NCBI GenBank assembly: GCA_044344255.1
Contig: JBIJDH010000015.1
Location: 64,001 to 128,000, forward strand
DNA length: 64,000 nt
From: Myxococcota bacterium
GTDB lineage: Bacteria > Myxococcota_A > UBA796 > UBA2385
Reading direction: 5' to 3'
The first letter of the stretch is position 1. Each line of letters opens with the position of its first letter. A program made the position numbers and the translations under genes. Under the pieces are notes generated by a model, which saw only the letters and a list, made by a program, of their open reading frames with translations, was not told where the DNA came from and made no database searches. Positions 39,313-48,331 of this stretch are shown here, piece after piece.

Positions 39313-40263
39313 TCAGCCGCGCCAGCAGACGCAGCGCGCGCAGACCGGGTGGCGGTCGACGTCGAGGTGGCGTCGCTCGGGGCGGCTCTCGCGCATCGCC
39401 GTGCGCAGGCCCTCGCGGGTGTGGGCCGCGGTGGGCAAGAAGAAGCAGTGGCGCCAGGCGCCGGTGGGATCGACCACGCCGGAGGTCCAGGGGGCGAGGC
39501 ATCGGGGGGCCTCGACCTGACCTTCGCTGAGGCGGAGGCTTCGGTCGAGGGCGTAGGCGGACATCTTGATGAAGGGGTCCCGGGCCGCGGTGGAGAGGAA
39601 GGCGGAGAGCCGCGGGAGCTGCTCGGGGCGAGGGGCCTGGCCGAGGGGCCCCTCCTCCAAGGCGTGACCTGCGCGGTCACCGAAGGCGGCGCTGCTGGTG
39701 TCGGCCGCGAGGACGCTCATGGCGTCACAGCCCGAGGCCTCGGTCATCTCGCGGATCTGATCGAGCTCGTCGATGTTCTCGGCCCAGAGGGTGACGCGCG
39801 CGTGGAGCGGGCGCCCGCGCAGCGCCTCCGCCCCCTCCCGCAGGGCGCGGAGGCCCTTGAGCCCGCGGAGGCGGAAGTAGGTCTCCTCGGTGGCGGCGTC
39901 CCAAGAGACGAACACCCGCGCGGCCGCGTCTCGCACCAGGGCGGCGTGCTTACGGAGGGCGAGGCCGTTGGTCATCAGCGCGACCGGCAGGTGGCGGGCG
40001 AGGGCGGGCAGCAGGGTGGTGATGTCGGGGTGGCTGAGCGGCTCTCCGCCCGTGAGCACGAGCTCATGGAAGCCCAGGTCGGCCGCCTCCCGCGCGAGCT
40101 CCACCCAGCGAGCGGAGGGGAGCTCACCGGCCTCAGGCTCTCGAAAGGCGCAGCCGGCGCAGCGGCTGTTGCAGCGGTGGGTGATGTCGAAGACCACCAC
40201 CTCGGGGCGCATCAGGCCGGTGCCGCGGAGGAGGTGGGCGCTGAGGTCGCGGGCGAGGCGCAT
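39313..40263 (-). CDS. Radical SAM protein with SPASM/twitch-like C-terminus
   Basis: CNSRCAGC, TGGEP, TNG; CLAPW...C...CARC. Confidence 0.88.
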   Translation of the reverse strand: MRLARDLSAHLLRGTGLMRPEVVVFDITHRCNSRCAGCAFREPEAGELPSARWVELAREAADLGFHELVLTGGEPLSHPDITTLLPALARHLPVALMTNGLALRKHAALVRDAAARVFVSWDAATEETYFRLRGLKGLRALREGAEALRGRPLHARVTLWAENIDELDQIREMTEASGCDAMSVLAADTSSAAFGDRAGHALEEGPLGQAPRPEQLPRLSAFLSTAARDPFIKMSAYALDRSLRLSEGQVEAPRCLAPWTSGVVDPTGAWRHCFFLPTAAHTREGLRTAMRESRPERRHLDVDRHPVCARCVCWRG

Positions 40264-40343
40264 CCCAGCGCCTATCTCGGGCGGGAGCTTCGAGGCCCTC
40301 GGGCTCCGCGGCGCCCAGGCGGGGGCGCGCGCGCGGCGGCGCC

Positions 40344-41840
40344 TTGACGAGCGAGGGGCGCCGCGGAAAGGAGCGCCCACGCGGGCGCGCGCCGCCGCCA
40401 CGCCCTCCTCACCGCCGAGACGCAGGAGCCGCCCTGTCCACCGCCCACCCCGCCCCCCTGCTCTCCCGTCAGGTCAGCCTCTGCACGGTGGTCGCCAACA
40501 GCGACGACTGCGTGCCTCGCTTTCTCCGGTGGGCCCTACCTCGCTTTGAGGAGATCATCCTGCTGCGCTCCCGCTCCGAGGACGGGACGGACGCCCTCTT
40601 GGAGGAGGCCGCCCGCAAGCACCCCCTCCAGATCCGCCTCGCCTTCCGGGAGATCGACGACATCGCGCGGCAGAAGCAGGCCGCGGTCGAGCTCGCCACC
40701 AAGCCCTGGCGCTTCGTGGTCGACGCCGACGAGGTGGTCGAGGACACGAATTGGGACGCGGTGGTGGCCCACCTCGACCGGGAGGGCATCGACCTCCTCC
40801 AGCTCCCCCGATACAACCTGCAGCGCGACGACGCGCATTATACGACCGCTATTTATCCGGACGTGCAGGCCCGCGTCTTCAACCGTCGGGTCTCTTTCTC
40901 GCTGGAGCCCAAGTACCAGACGCACCACCGGATGATCGGCGCCCGACGGGGGATGACCGCGAGTGACATCCATATCATCCACCATGGCCACATCCGGCCC
41001 ATCGGTCAGCTCGCCTGGAAGAGCCAGTGGCGACGCCGCTTCGCGGAGACCGACTACATCGAGGGGCGGCAGCTCCTCTCCCACGAAAATTGGTTCGCCG
41101 AGCGAAACCCGGCCCTCGAGGCCTCGCTCGCACCTTTGCCCGCGAAGGCCCTGGCCCTGCTGCGCGCGATCGAGCCGCAGCGGCTCTCCCTCGATCTGGG
41201 GCGCTGGCCCGCGCTCTGGCTGAGCCGCGGGCTCCAGATCGAGCCGCCGGGCGCGGACGGCATGATGTCCGTCAATGGGGTGCGGGGCTTCCTCACGCCC
41301 GGTGACGTGGTCTTCCTGTTCAACCTCGCGGGGCAGCTGCCCCGGGGTGGGGTCTATCTGGAGGTGGGCTCCTGGCAGGGCCTGTCCTCGATCCTCTTCG
41401 CCTATGGCCTCCTCGCCCACATGAACATCCGGGCGCGGGTCATCGCCGTCGACACCTGGCGGGGCTCGGTCGAGCACCAGGGCATGGGCATCCTCGTCGA
41501 GGACGGCCTCTACCGGACCTTCCAGGACAACGTCGCCGGCAGCGGGGTGGGCGCCTTCATCGAGCCGCGGCGGGGGGAGAGCCCGGCGGTGGCCGCGGCC
41601 TATGACGGTCCGCCGATCGACATCGCCTTCATCGACGGAGACCACACCTTCGAGGGGTGTCGGGCCGACATCGAAGCCTGGCGGCCCCACCTCGCGCGGG
41701 GCGGTCGGATGCTCGGCCACGACGCCTGGCCCGGCGGGGGCGTAGAGCGGGCGTTGGAGCAGCATTGCCTACAGTCGGGGGCGACGTGGCGGCGCTACCC
41801 GCACACGCACCACATCTGGGAGCTGCGCTGGCCGTCTTGA
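40344..41840 (+). CDS. GT2-like glycosyltransferase fused to a class I SAM methyltransferase (Methyltransf_24-like)
   Basis: SEDGT, VDADE, PD.Q.R, H.GH; LEVGSWQG.S, VDTW, FIDGDH, HD. The true start may be CTG at 40434. Confidence 0.8.
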   Translation: MTSEGRRGKERPRGRAPPPRPPHRRDAGAALSTAHPAPLLSRQVSLCTVVANSDDCVPRFLRWALPRFEEIILLRSRSEDGTDALLEEAARKHPLQIRLAFREIDDIARQKQAAVELATKPWRFVVDADEVVEDTNWDAVVAHLDREGIDLLQLPRYNLQRDDAHYTTAIYPDVQARVFNRRVSFSLEPKYQTHHRMIGARRGMTASDIHIIHHGHIRPIGQLAWKSQWRRRFAETDYIEGRQLLSHENWFAERNPALEASLAPLPAKALALLRAIEPQRLSLDLGRWPALWLSRGLQIEPPGADGMMSVNGVRGFLTPGDVVFLFNLAGQLPRGGVYLEVGSWQGLSSILFAYGLLAHMNIRARVIAVDTWRGSVEHQGMGILVEDGLYRTFQDNVAGSGVGAFIEPRRGESPAVAAAYDGPPIDIAFIDGDHTFEGCRADIEAWRPHLARGGRMLGHDAWPGGGVERALEQHCLQSGATWRRYPHTHHIWELRWPS

Positions 41841-41858
41841 GGGGGCGGCGCTCGGCCT

Positions 41859-42293
41859 TCAGTCGTCCCAGTCGCCGCCGCTGCCGCCGCTGCTGCTGTC
41901 GGGCTCGAGCTTCTCGCCGACCACGATGAGCCCGGCCGCGCCCACGAGGGTGGCGCCGGCCACCCGCCAGCGGCCCCGCTGCTCGACGATCTGGAGTGTG
42001 GCGACGCCGTCCTCCTTCTCGCCGTCGACGTCGTACTCGATCTCCCAGTAGGCGAGCCCGGCGGCGGTGGACCAGGCGAAGGCGCCAAGGCACTGCTGCT
42101 CCGCGCCCCGCACACCGCCAAAGCTGCGGCGGGCGGCGGAGTCTTGCTTGAGCCAGGTGACCCCGGCGGCCAAGGCGCGCTCGCGGCCGGGGTTCAGGAG
42201 GTCGATGAGCCAGTCCCAGGCGTCACAGCAGCCGCAGCAGCAGATCGAGGCGGCGATCGGGAAGATCGTGAGGGCGGCGAGCGGGCGGGGCAT
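41859..42293 (-). CDS. Hypothetical protein with an N-terminal Cys cluster
   Basis: ORF with ICCCGCC after a hydrophobic stretch; GC-rich third positions. Confidence 0.6.
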   Translation of the reverse strand: MPRPLAALTIFPIAASICCCGCCDAWDWLIDLLNPGRERALAAGVTWLKQDSAARRSFGGVRGAEQQCLGAFAWSTAAGLAYWEIEYDVDGEKEDGVATLQIVEQRGRWRVAGATLVGAAGLIVVGEKLEPDSSSGGSGGDWDD

Positions 42294-42389
42294 CCCGGGA
42301 GGCTATCACTTCGGCCCCGACGGCCGCGCCCGGTTCGGCCGGCGGGTTAGGGCGGCGCGGCTTGGGCCCCCTCCAGCTGCAGGTCCGCG

Positions 42390-43241
42390 ATGGCGATTCA
42401 TTACTTTCCTGGTCATATGTCCACCGCGTTGGATGAGATCCGGCGCATCCTGCCGAAGGTCGATCTCGTCATCCAGGTGCTGGACGCCCGCATCCCCTTC
42501 ACCAGCGACAACCCCGTGGTGGCGGGCCTCCGCGGAGAGCGCCCCTGCGTGCAGATCGTCAACAAGAGCGATCTGGCCGAGCCGGGGGTCACCCGTGACT
42601 GGCTCTCCGCCTTCGACAACACGCCCGGCATCCGCGCCATCGAGCACAACAGCAAGCTGCAAGGCCTGCTCCCGGCGGTGGTGGGGGCGGCCAGCAGCCT
42701 CGTCAAGCGGCGGGGCACGGGCCCGATGACGGCGCTGATCCTCGGGATCCCGAACGTCGGCAAGTCTACGGTCATCAACCGGATGGCGGGCAAGAACATC
42801 ACCCTCACCGGCGACAAGCCGGCGGTCACCCAGATGCAGCAGCGTGTGCAGGTGGGCCCGGATCTCCTCCTGATCGACACGCCGGGGATGTTGTGGGGCC
42901 GCCTCGAGCCCGTCGAGGTCGCCTACAAGCTCGTGCTCACCGGGGCCATCGGAGAGCGGGCGGTCGACCACCTCGAGGTGGGGCTCTTCGCCGCCCGCTG
43001 GCTCCGCGAGCGCCGCCCGAAGGCCATCACCGGCTTCTATGGCATCGCCGAGCTCCCCGCCGATGAGCTGCTGCTCATCGAGGCGATCGGGCGTCGCCGC
43101 GGCTTCCTGGTGAAGGGGGGAGCCGTGGACATGGAGCGTGCCAGCGACCGGCTGCTGCACGACCTGCGCGACGGGGCCTTCGGGCGGTACAGCCTGGAGC
43201 GACCGGGGGAGCAGGTCCGCGCCGCACCGCCGGCCTCGTAG
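42390..43241 (+). CDS. ylqF: Ribosome biogenesis GTPase YlqF/RbgA
   Basis: I..FPGHM, DARIP, NKSD, GIPNVGKST and DTPG motifs. Confidence 0.95.
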   Translation: MAIHYFPGHMSTALDEIRRILPKVDLVIQVLDARIPFTSDNPVVAGLRGERPCVQIVNKSDLAEPGVTRDWLSAFDNTPGIRAIEHNSKLQGLLPAVVGAASSLVKRRGTGPMTALILGIPNVGKSTVINRMAGKNITLTGDKPAVTQMQQRVQVGPDLLLIDTPGMLWGRLEPVEVAYKLVLTGAIGERAVDHLEVGLFAARWLRERRPKAITGFYGIAELPADELLLIEAIGRRRGFLVKGGAVDMERASDRLLHDLRDGAFGRYSLERPGEQVRAAPPAS

Positions 43242-43244
43242 GGG

Positions 43245-43703
43245 CTACTCTTCGCCCGACTCTTCAGACCCCGTCTCTTCTGGATCGGTCTTGTCAGACT
43301 TCGGAGGGGCCTCGGCCTGAGCGGCCTTGAGCGCGCGCCGCGCCCGCCCGTTCGGAGCCTTCTCCTTGGCCTTCTTCTCCTTGGGTGGCAGGGTGGAGGT
43401 CCAAGAGAGGGCCTCGGCGGCCAACGTTTGGAGGGTGGCGGGCGGGGTTTCGCTCCCGACCTGGATGTAGTCGCGCCAGGGCCGGTCGACCATCGGCGTG
43501 AAGACGCGCATCCCCGGCTGCCCGGCCAAAGCGGCGACCCGCATCGGGCCCACCCGGGCGACGAGGCTGTCTTCGAAGACGCCGAAGAACATCTGCCGGT
43601 TCACGAAAGCGCAGGGCATCCCGAACATCTTCTTGCGCTCGATGTGCGGGTTGCCGCCGAGCGCGGCCTCATAAGCGGCGACGACGGCGGTGTTGAGGTC
43701 CAT
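43245..43703 (-). CDS. TfoX/Sxy N-terminal domain protein
   Basis: KKMFG.....VN..MF.G; GGAG RBS. Confidence 0.82.
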   Translation of the reverse strand: MDLNTAVVAAYEAALGGNPHIERKKMFGMPCAFVNRQMFFGVFEDSLVARVGPMRVAALAGQPGMRVFTPMVDRPWRDYIQVGSETPPATLQTLAAEALSWTSTLPPKEKKAKEKAPNGRARRALKAAQAEAPPKSDKTDPEETGSEESGEE

Positions 43704-43765
43704 GAGTGCTCCGGGGTCGGGCGCCTTATCCGACCGCGACCGGCGCCGTGCGCGCCGATCCCCGC

Positions 43766-44818
43766 TCAGGAGGGGAGGGCGAGCTCCCGCCAGCGCACCA
43801 TCCCCCCGGAGAGGTTGGCGACCTCGAGCAGGCCGGCCTTCTCGAGGATGGTCGTGGCCAACCCGGAGCGTCGCCCGGTCTGGCAGACGACGATGACCGG
43901 CTTGGCGACGGGCACCTCCGCCAGGCGGGAGCGGAGGGCGTCCAGGGGGATGTGCAGGGCGTCGCGGAGGGCGCCGAGCTCCCCGCAGAGCTCGTCTTCG
44001 GCCCGTACGTCGAGGATCTGAACCTGGGCGCGGTGGCGCGCGACCCACTCGGGGTTGATCTCGGGTGTACCGGCGTAGCTGCGGAGCACGGGGCCCCAAA
44101 GCGGCGGGGGCGGTCCGTCTCCGCCCTCCGGCCGGCCGCCCCGTAAGTTGGCTGGGACGGCGACGGCGATCTGCTTCGGGTGCGGCAAGGCCAGGTTGGT
44201 CATGTAGCCGACGAAGTCTTCTTCCCGGGCCCCTCCGCCGATTCGCGGGTTGAACAGTCGCTCCTCGCGGATCGTGCTCGACGTTCGGCCCTCGTAGTCG
44301 TGGCCCGGGTAGACGACACAGTCATCAGGGAGCGTGAAGAGCTGCTCTTGGATCGAGCGGAACAGGCGCCGGGCGTCCCCCGCTTGGAAGTCTGTGCGGC
44401 CCGCGCCGCGCACCAGCAGGGCGTCCCCTGTGAAGACCATCCGATGTTCAGCGGACGCGAAGGAGAGGCAGCCGTCGGTGTGTCCGGGGGTGGCCCGCAC
44501 CTCGAGGGCGGAGGCGCCGAAGGTGACCCGGTCACCGTGGGCGAGGGGAATGTCGATATTATCAGCGTTATATCTATAGGATAGCGCGGACTTTGAGCCA
44601 AGCGCAGCCCGCATCCGCCACGCCCCGGTGACGTGGTCTGCGTGGCAGTGGGTGTCGAGGGTGGCGATCAGGTGTAGGCCCAGCTCCCGGATCAGCGCCG
44701 CGTCCCGGTGGTGCTGCTCAAAGACGGAGTCGATGAGTACGGCCTCCTTGGACTGTTCATCACCGAGGAGGTATGTGTAGGTGTTGGAGGCCGAGTCGAA
44801 GAGCTGTCGAACGATCAT
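43766..44818 (-). CDS. ETHE1-like persulfide dioxygenase (MBL fold) fused to rhodanese
   Basis: THCHADHVTG, TPGHT, FTGD.L..RG.GRTDF, PGHDY; rhodanese DVR and C.TGRRS. Confidence 0.92.
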   Translation of the reverse strand: MIVRQLFDSASNTYTYLLGDEQSKEAVLIDSVFEQHHRDAALIRELGLHLIATLDTHCHADHVTGAWRMRAALGSKSALSYRYNADNIDIPLAHGDRVTFGASALEVRATPGHTDGCLSFASAEHRMVFTGDALLVRGAGRTDFQAGDARRLFRSIQEQLFTLPDDCVVYPGHDYEGRTSSTIREERLFNPRIGGGAREEDFVGYMTNLALPHPKQIAVAVPANLRGGRPEGGDGPPPPLWGPVLRSYAGTPEINPEWVARHRAQVQILDVRAEDELCGELGALRDALHIPLDALRSRLAEVPVAKPVIVVCQTGRRSGLATTILEKAGLLEVANLSGGMVRWRELALPS

Positions 44819-45064
44819 GGTCGCTCCTGCTTCGGGGGTGATCGGGGGGGGGGCGGAGAAGGTCACGCGCAGCGCCTCATCCTCCTATTGATGGCATCCG
44901 CGGCTGGCCCTTCGGCCCAGCGGGCCGCTCCACCGAAAGTGACAGAAATTTGGAGATTGTAGGTGAAAGTAGCCGAAGTGATGCCCTGGCATTGTGGATC
45001 GAGCGTCGCCGTGCTCCCCCGGAGGCTGGTCAGGGCTCTACGCTGATCGTAGGATGGTCCCACC

Positions 45065-46312
45065 ATGCAGTCCGAACGTCCAGGTCAGCTCTCCGGTGAC
45101 CGCTACCAGCTTGTCCGAACTCTCGGAATCGGCGGGATGGCGACGGTTTGGCTCGCGTGGGACCGCCGGTTCGACGTCCCTCGCGCGGTGAAGCTGCTAA
45201 ACCCCGCGCTCGTCGCGATCCCCGCTGCCCGCCAGCGCTTCGTGCGCGAGGCCCAGATCATGGCGCGGCTGCAGCACCCCCACGTGGTGGTGGTGCATGA
45301 CTACGGCGAGACAGCCGAGCAGGCCTGGATCGTCATGGAGCTGTTGGCGGGAGGGAGCCTCGAGGCGTGGGTGATCCGCAACGGCCCGCTCGAGCCCAGG
45401 CGCCTCTGCGAGGTGAGCCTCGGCCTGCTGGGCGCGCTCGCGGTCGCCCACGACGACAACGTCGTGCACCGTGACATCAAGCCGGCGAACCTGCTGATCG
45501 GCAGAGGCGGCGTGGTCAAGCTCGGAGACTTCGGCATCGCACGGCTGCTGCAGGGTGGCCAACCGCTCACCCGGCAGGGGGTCGGGATGGGCACCGAGAG
45601 CTTCATGGCGCCCGAGCAGGTGACCGACGCCAGCCATGTGGAGTTTCAGGCGGATATCTTTGGGTTCGGTGCCACGCTGTTCGCGCTCGCCACGGCTCGG
45701 GCCCCGGTCGGCGTCTACGGAGAGGAGCATCGCCAGCGCCTCGCCTTGATGCTGGCTCCCGGGATCCGGGAGGTCTTCCTGAAGGCGACGGCCTTCTCGG
45801 TTCGAGACCGCTACGCCACCGCCGCCGAGATGGCCTACGCGCTCTCCTTGGTCCTGGAGGGCCTGCCTCCCGATCGGACCCACCAGCCGGCGCTCGATGA
45901 CGTCTGTGTCTCGATGATGCGGCCCCCCAGCTTGGCGGCCGAGGTCCGCTCCCCGGCCGTCTCCCCCACGCTCCTCCCGCTCCCCTCGCCGGACTCCCGC
46001 ACGCACGACTCCCTGCTCATGGACGGCTTCGGCGAGGCGTCGGCCCGCGGCGTGGAGCCCCCCATCCGCCCGCCGCCGCGGTGGCCCTCGGGCGCGCCGA
46101 ACGGGCTCCACCCGCCCGTCAAGGGGCGGGCGCCGCACGGGGCGGCGTTGAACGCTGAGCTCGACGACGACTTCGAGAACAGCCTGACCGAGACCTTCCT
46201 TGCTGCCGACCGGCGGGCCGTCACCTACCGCAAGGTGGTCCTCGGCGTTTCGTTGATCGGCCTGATCCTTGCCGCTGCGGTCATCTTGCACACGTTCGCC
46301 GGTTCCCCCTGA
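45065..46312 (+). CDS. Serine/threonine protein kinase
   Basis: GIGGMA, AVK, HRDIKPAN, DFGIA, MAPEQ motifs; C-terminal TM segment. Confidence 0.92.
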   Translation: MQSERPGQLSGDRYQLVRTLGIGGMATVWLAWDRRFDVPRAVKLLNPALVAIPAARQRFVREAQIMARLQHPHVVVVHDYGETAEQAWIVMELLAGGSLEAWVIRNGPLEPRRLCEVSLGLLGALAVAHDDNVVHRDIKPANLLIGRGGVVKLGDFGIARLLQGGQPLTRQGVGMGTESFMAPEQVTDASHVEFQADIFGFGATLFALATARAPVGVYGEEHRQRLALMLAPGIREVFLKATAFSVRDRYATAAEMAYALSLVLEGLPPDRTHQPALDDVCVSMMRPPSLAAEVRSPAVSPTLLPLPSPDSRTHDSLLMDGFGEASARGVEPPIRPPPRWPSGAPNGLHPPVKGRAPHGAALNAELDDDFENSLTETFLAADRRAVTYRKVVLGVSLIGLILAAAVILHTFAGSP

Positions 46313-46323
46313 GCTCAGCTGGA

Positions 46324-47358
46324 ATGATGATGTCGACCCCTGTTGAACGTGTGTTGTTGGACTTCGCGGACGAGGGCGTCGCGGTCCGCGCCCTCTCGTC
46401 CACCTTTGGCGTCGAGCTCACCGGTCTACGGCTCGAGGAGCCTGCATCCGCCGCCCTGGTGGAGCGCCTCGTGACCCTGCTCGGAACGCGCCTGGTCGTG
46501 CTGATCCGCGGCGTCGAGATGTCGGAGGCCCGCCAGGACGCGCTCACCCGCGCCTTGGGTGCGCTCCGCGATCAAGGCCTGCACGCCTGGGCCCCGCCGG
46601 CAGACCCTGACGCAGCGGTGGGTCGCGATGGGGTGCTCGGTCCGCTCCACCTGCTCAACAAGGGCAACCTGCTGCTCTTCGTCAACGGGCCGGAGCTGTG
46701 CACGGGTGACCCCACCGCCGCCTACACCGAGGAGGAGGCTGAGCTGCGCGGAGGCACCTCCTGCTGGCACACGGGCGACACCGAGAAGGAGAACGTCGAG
46801 GTCATCAACATCCTGCACCCGGTGATCGTGCCGGAGCGCGGGGGCCAGACCCTCTTCCTCGACACGACGGCCGCCTTCGCCGACCTCGATCCCACCACCC
46901 AGGCGGCTCTCGAGGGCCTTCGGGTGCAGCACTTCACCCACTTCCCGCCCTCGACGCCCGAGTTTCGGATGCCAGACCCCACCTGGCCCGTGAACCAGCC
47001 GCTCGTCAAGCAGCACCCGCTCACTGGGGCGCGCTACCTGTACTTGAACTTCAATGACATGGACCGGGTGATCGGCCTCAGTCGGGCCGAGAGCGGCGCG
47101 CTGATCCGGCGCCTCTACGACCACGCCGTTCAGTCGCGCTACGTCTACGCCCACACCTGGACGGAGGGTGACCTCATCCTCTGGAACTGTAACGGCACCT
47201 TGCACAAGCGCGGCGTGCTCGATCCGAGCTGCAAACGAGCGCTCCGTCGCACCCAGACCGCGGTGCCGGCCTTGCAGAGCGTGCGCGAGTGGGATCACAC
47301 CCGGCAGGTGGAGAGCCACGACGGCGAGTCGTGGCACCCGTACCCCTTCCAGCGTTGA
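46324..47358 (+). CDS. TauD/TfdA-fold Fe(II)/2OG enzyme with HxG motif (candidate halogenase)
   Basis: FGVE..G, WHTG, P..GG.T.F.D, PLV..HP.TG, H.W..GD...W, distal H, R...R. Confidence 0.85.
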   Translation: MMMSTPVERVLLDFADEGVAVRALSSTFGVELTGLRLEEPASAALVERLVTLLGTRLVVLIRGVEMSEARQDALTRALGALRDQGLHAWAPPADPDAAVGRDGVLGPLHLLNKGNLLLFVNGPELCTGDPTAAYTEEEAELRGGTSCWHTGDTEKENVEVINILHPVIVPERGGQTLFLDTTAAFADLDPTTQAALEGLRVQHFTHFPPSTPEFRMPDPTWPVNQPLVKQHPLTGARYLYLNFNDMDRVIGLSRAESGALIRRLYDHAVQSRYVYAHTWTEGDLILWNCNGTLHKRGVLDPSCKRALRRTQTAVPALQSVREWDHTRQVESHDGESWHPYPFQR

Positions 47359-47362
47359 CCGA

Positions 47363-47557
47363 TCAGGTGGCTGGGGAGGTCGTCGCGGCGGTAGTGCCCG
47401 CGGGCGGAGCGACCGGCCGGAAGGCGTAGAGGCCCAGGAAGACGGGGATCGGCGTGAAGAAGAAGGCCACCACAAAGGTGAGGAAGAAGCCGAGACGGGT
47501 GTCTTTGGCGAGCAGGGCGGATACGATGCAGAGCAGGAGGTAAGACAGGAAGGACAT
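47363..47557 (-). CDS. Small two-TM membrane protein
   Basis: GGAG RBS; 64 aa, hydrophobic; co-oriented downstream of the DUF697 gene. Confidence 0.65.
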   Translation of the reverse strand: MSFLSYLLLCIVSALLAKDTRLGFFLTFVVAFFFTPIPVFLGLYAFRPVAPPAGTTAATTSPAT

Positions 47558-47623
47558 GTACAGTCTCCAATGTTCAGGGGTGGGGACGTAGGATCGCGGT
47601 GAGCTCAGGGAACAGCTCGTCGT

Positions 47624-48202
47624 TCAGGGCACAGCGGGCGCGGCCGGAGTCGGAGTCGAGGCGGGAGACGATGCCGGAGCGACCTCCGGCTTGAGCGAGT
47701 CTCGCACTTCGGACGCGCTCCGGACGACCTTGCTGTACTCTTCCTTGAAGAAGTGCTTGAGGCGCGCGGCGTCGAGGTCAAGGATCGTGCCGCCGCGCTC
47801 GAAGTGCTCGATGAAGACGTGGCCCACAGAGTGGGTGACCGCCGATGCGGCGATGGGCAGCGTCGTCCAGGCGGCCAGCGGGCCGGCGACCGGGATGAAC
47901 TTGAAGGCGCTGGCGACGAAGGCCGTGGCGACCGCCCCGCCGCCGAGGGTGCCGAGGAGGCTGAGGATCACCGAGCGGGCCGCGTGCTCGCTGAAGGGGA
48001 CCTTGTAGACGGCGCTGATCTCGGCCACCATCTTGAGCTGGACCCCGGTGATGGCGATGAGGTCAAACAGCGGGAGGGGGAGCACCCCCGCTGCGGCGGA
48101 CCACGCGAGGTTGGATCGGACGATGTCGGAGGCGCGGTCGCGCTTGGAGCGGGGGGCTGCGGCGTCGGCGGCGACGGCGGGCGTGGGCGCGGGTTCGGAC
48201 AT
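47624..48202 (-). CDS. DUF697 (YcjF-like) protein
   Basis: P.P..D...I..VQ.KM...I...Y.V.F; IP..G; T...G..FIEHFE.GG motifs. Confidence 0.82.
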   Translation of the reverse strand: MSEPAPTPAVAADAAAPRSKRDRASDIVRSNLAWSAAAGVLPLPLFDLIAITGVQLKMVAEISAVYKVPFSEHAARSVILSLLGTLGGGAVATAFVASAFKFIPVAGPLAAWTTLPIAASAVTHSVGHVFIEHFERGGTILDLDAARLKHFFKEEYSKVVRSASEVRDSLKPEVAPASSPASTPTPAAPAVP

Positions 48203-48277
48203 GAGCGGACCTCCGGGGCGGGGTGTAGAGGCTCAGATCGACACCGATCGCGAAAGCGAGCATCTACAGACGCAGCG

Positions 48278-48306
48278 AAGCTACCACAGGTCACCGGCCC
48301 CCTCAA
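48278..48306 (-). promoter_or_regulatory. Possible sigma70 promoter with extended -10
   Basis: TTGAGG-N17-TAGCTT with TG.-TAGCTT upstream of the DUF697 gene. Confidence 0.4.
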
Positions 48307-48331
48307 GGTCCATCCTGGGCCCTCGCCGGTG

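Noticed and set aside
47560..47580. GTTCAG half-site as a second LexA box
   Set aside because: There is no matching left half-site at the required spacing.
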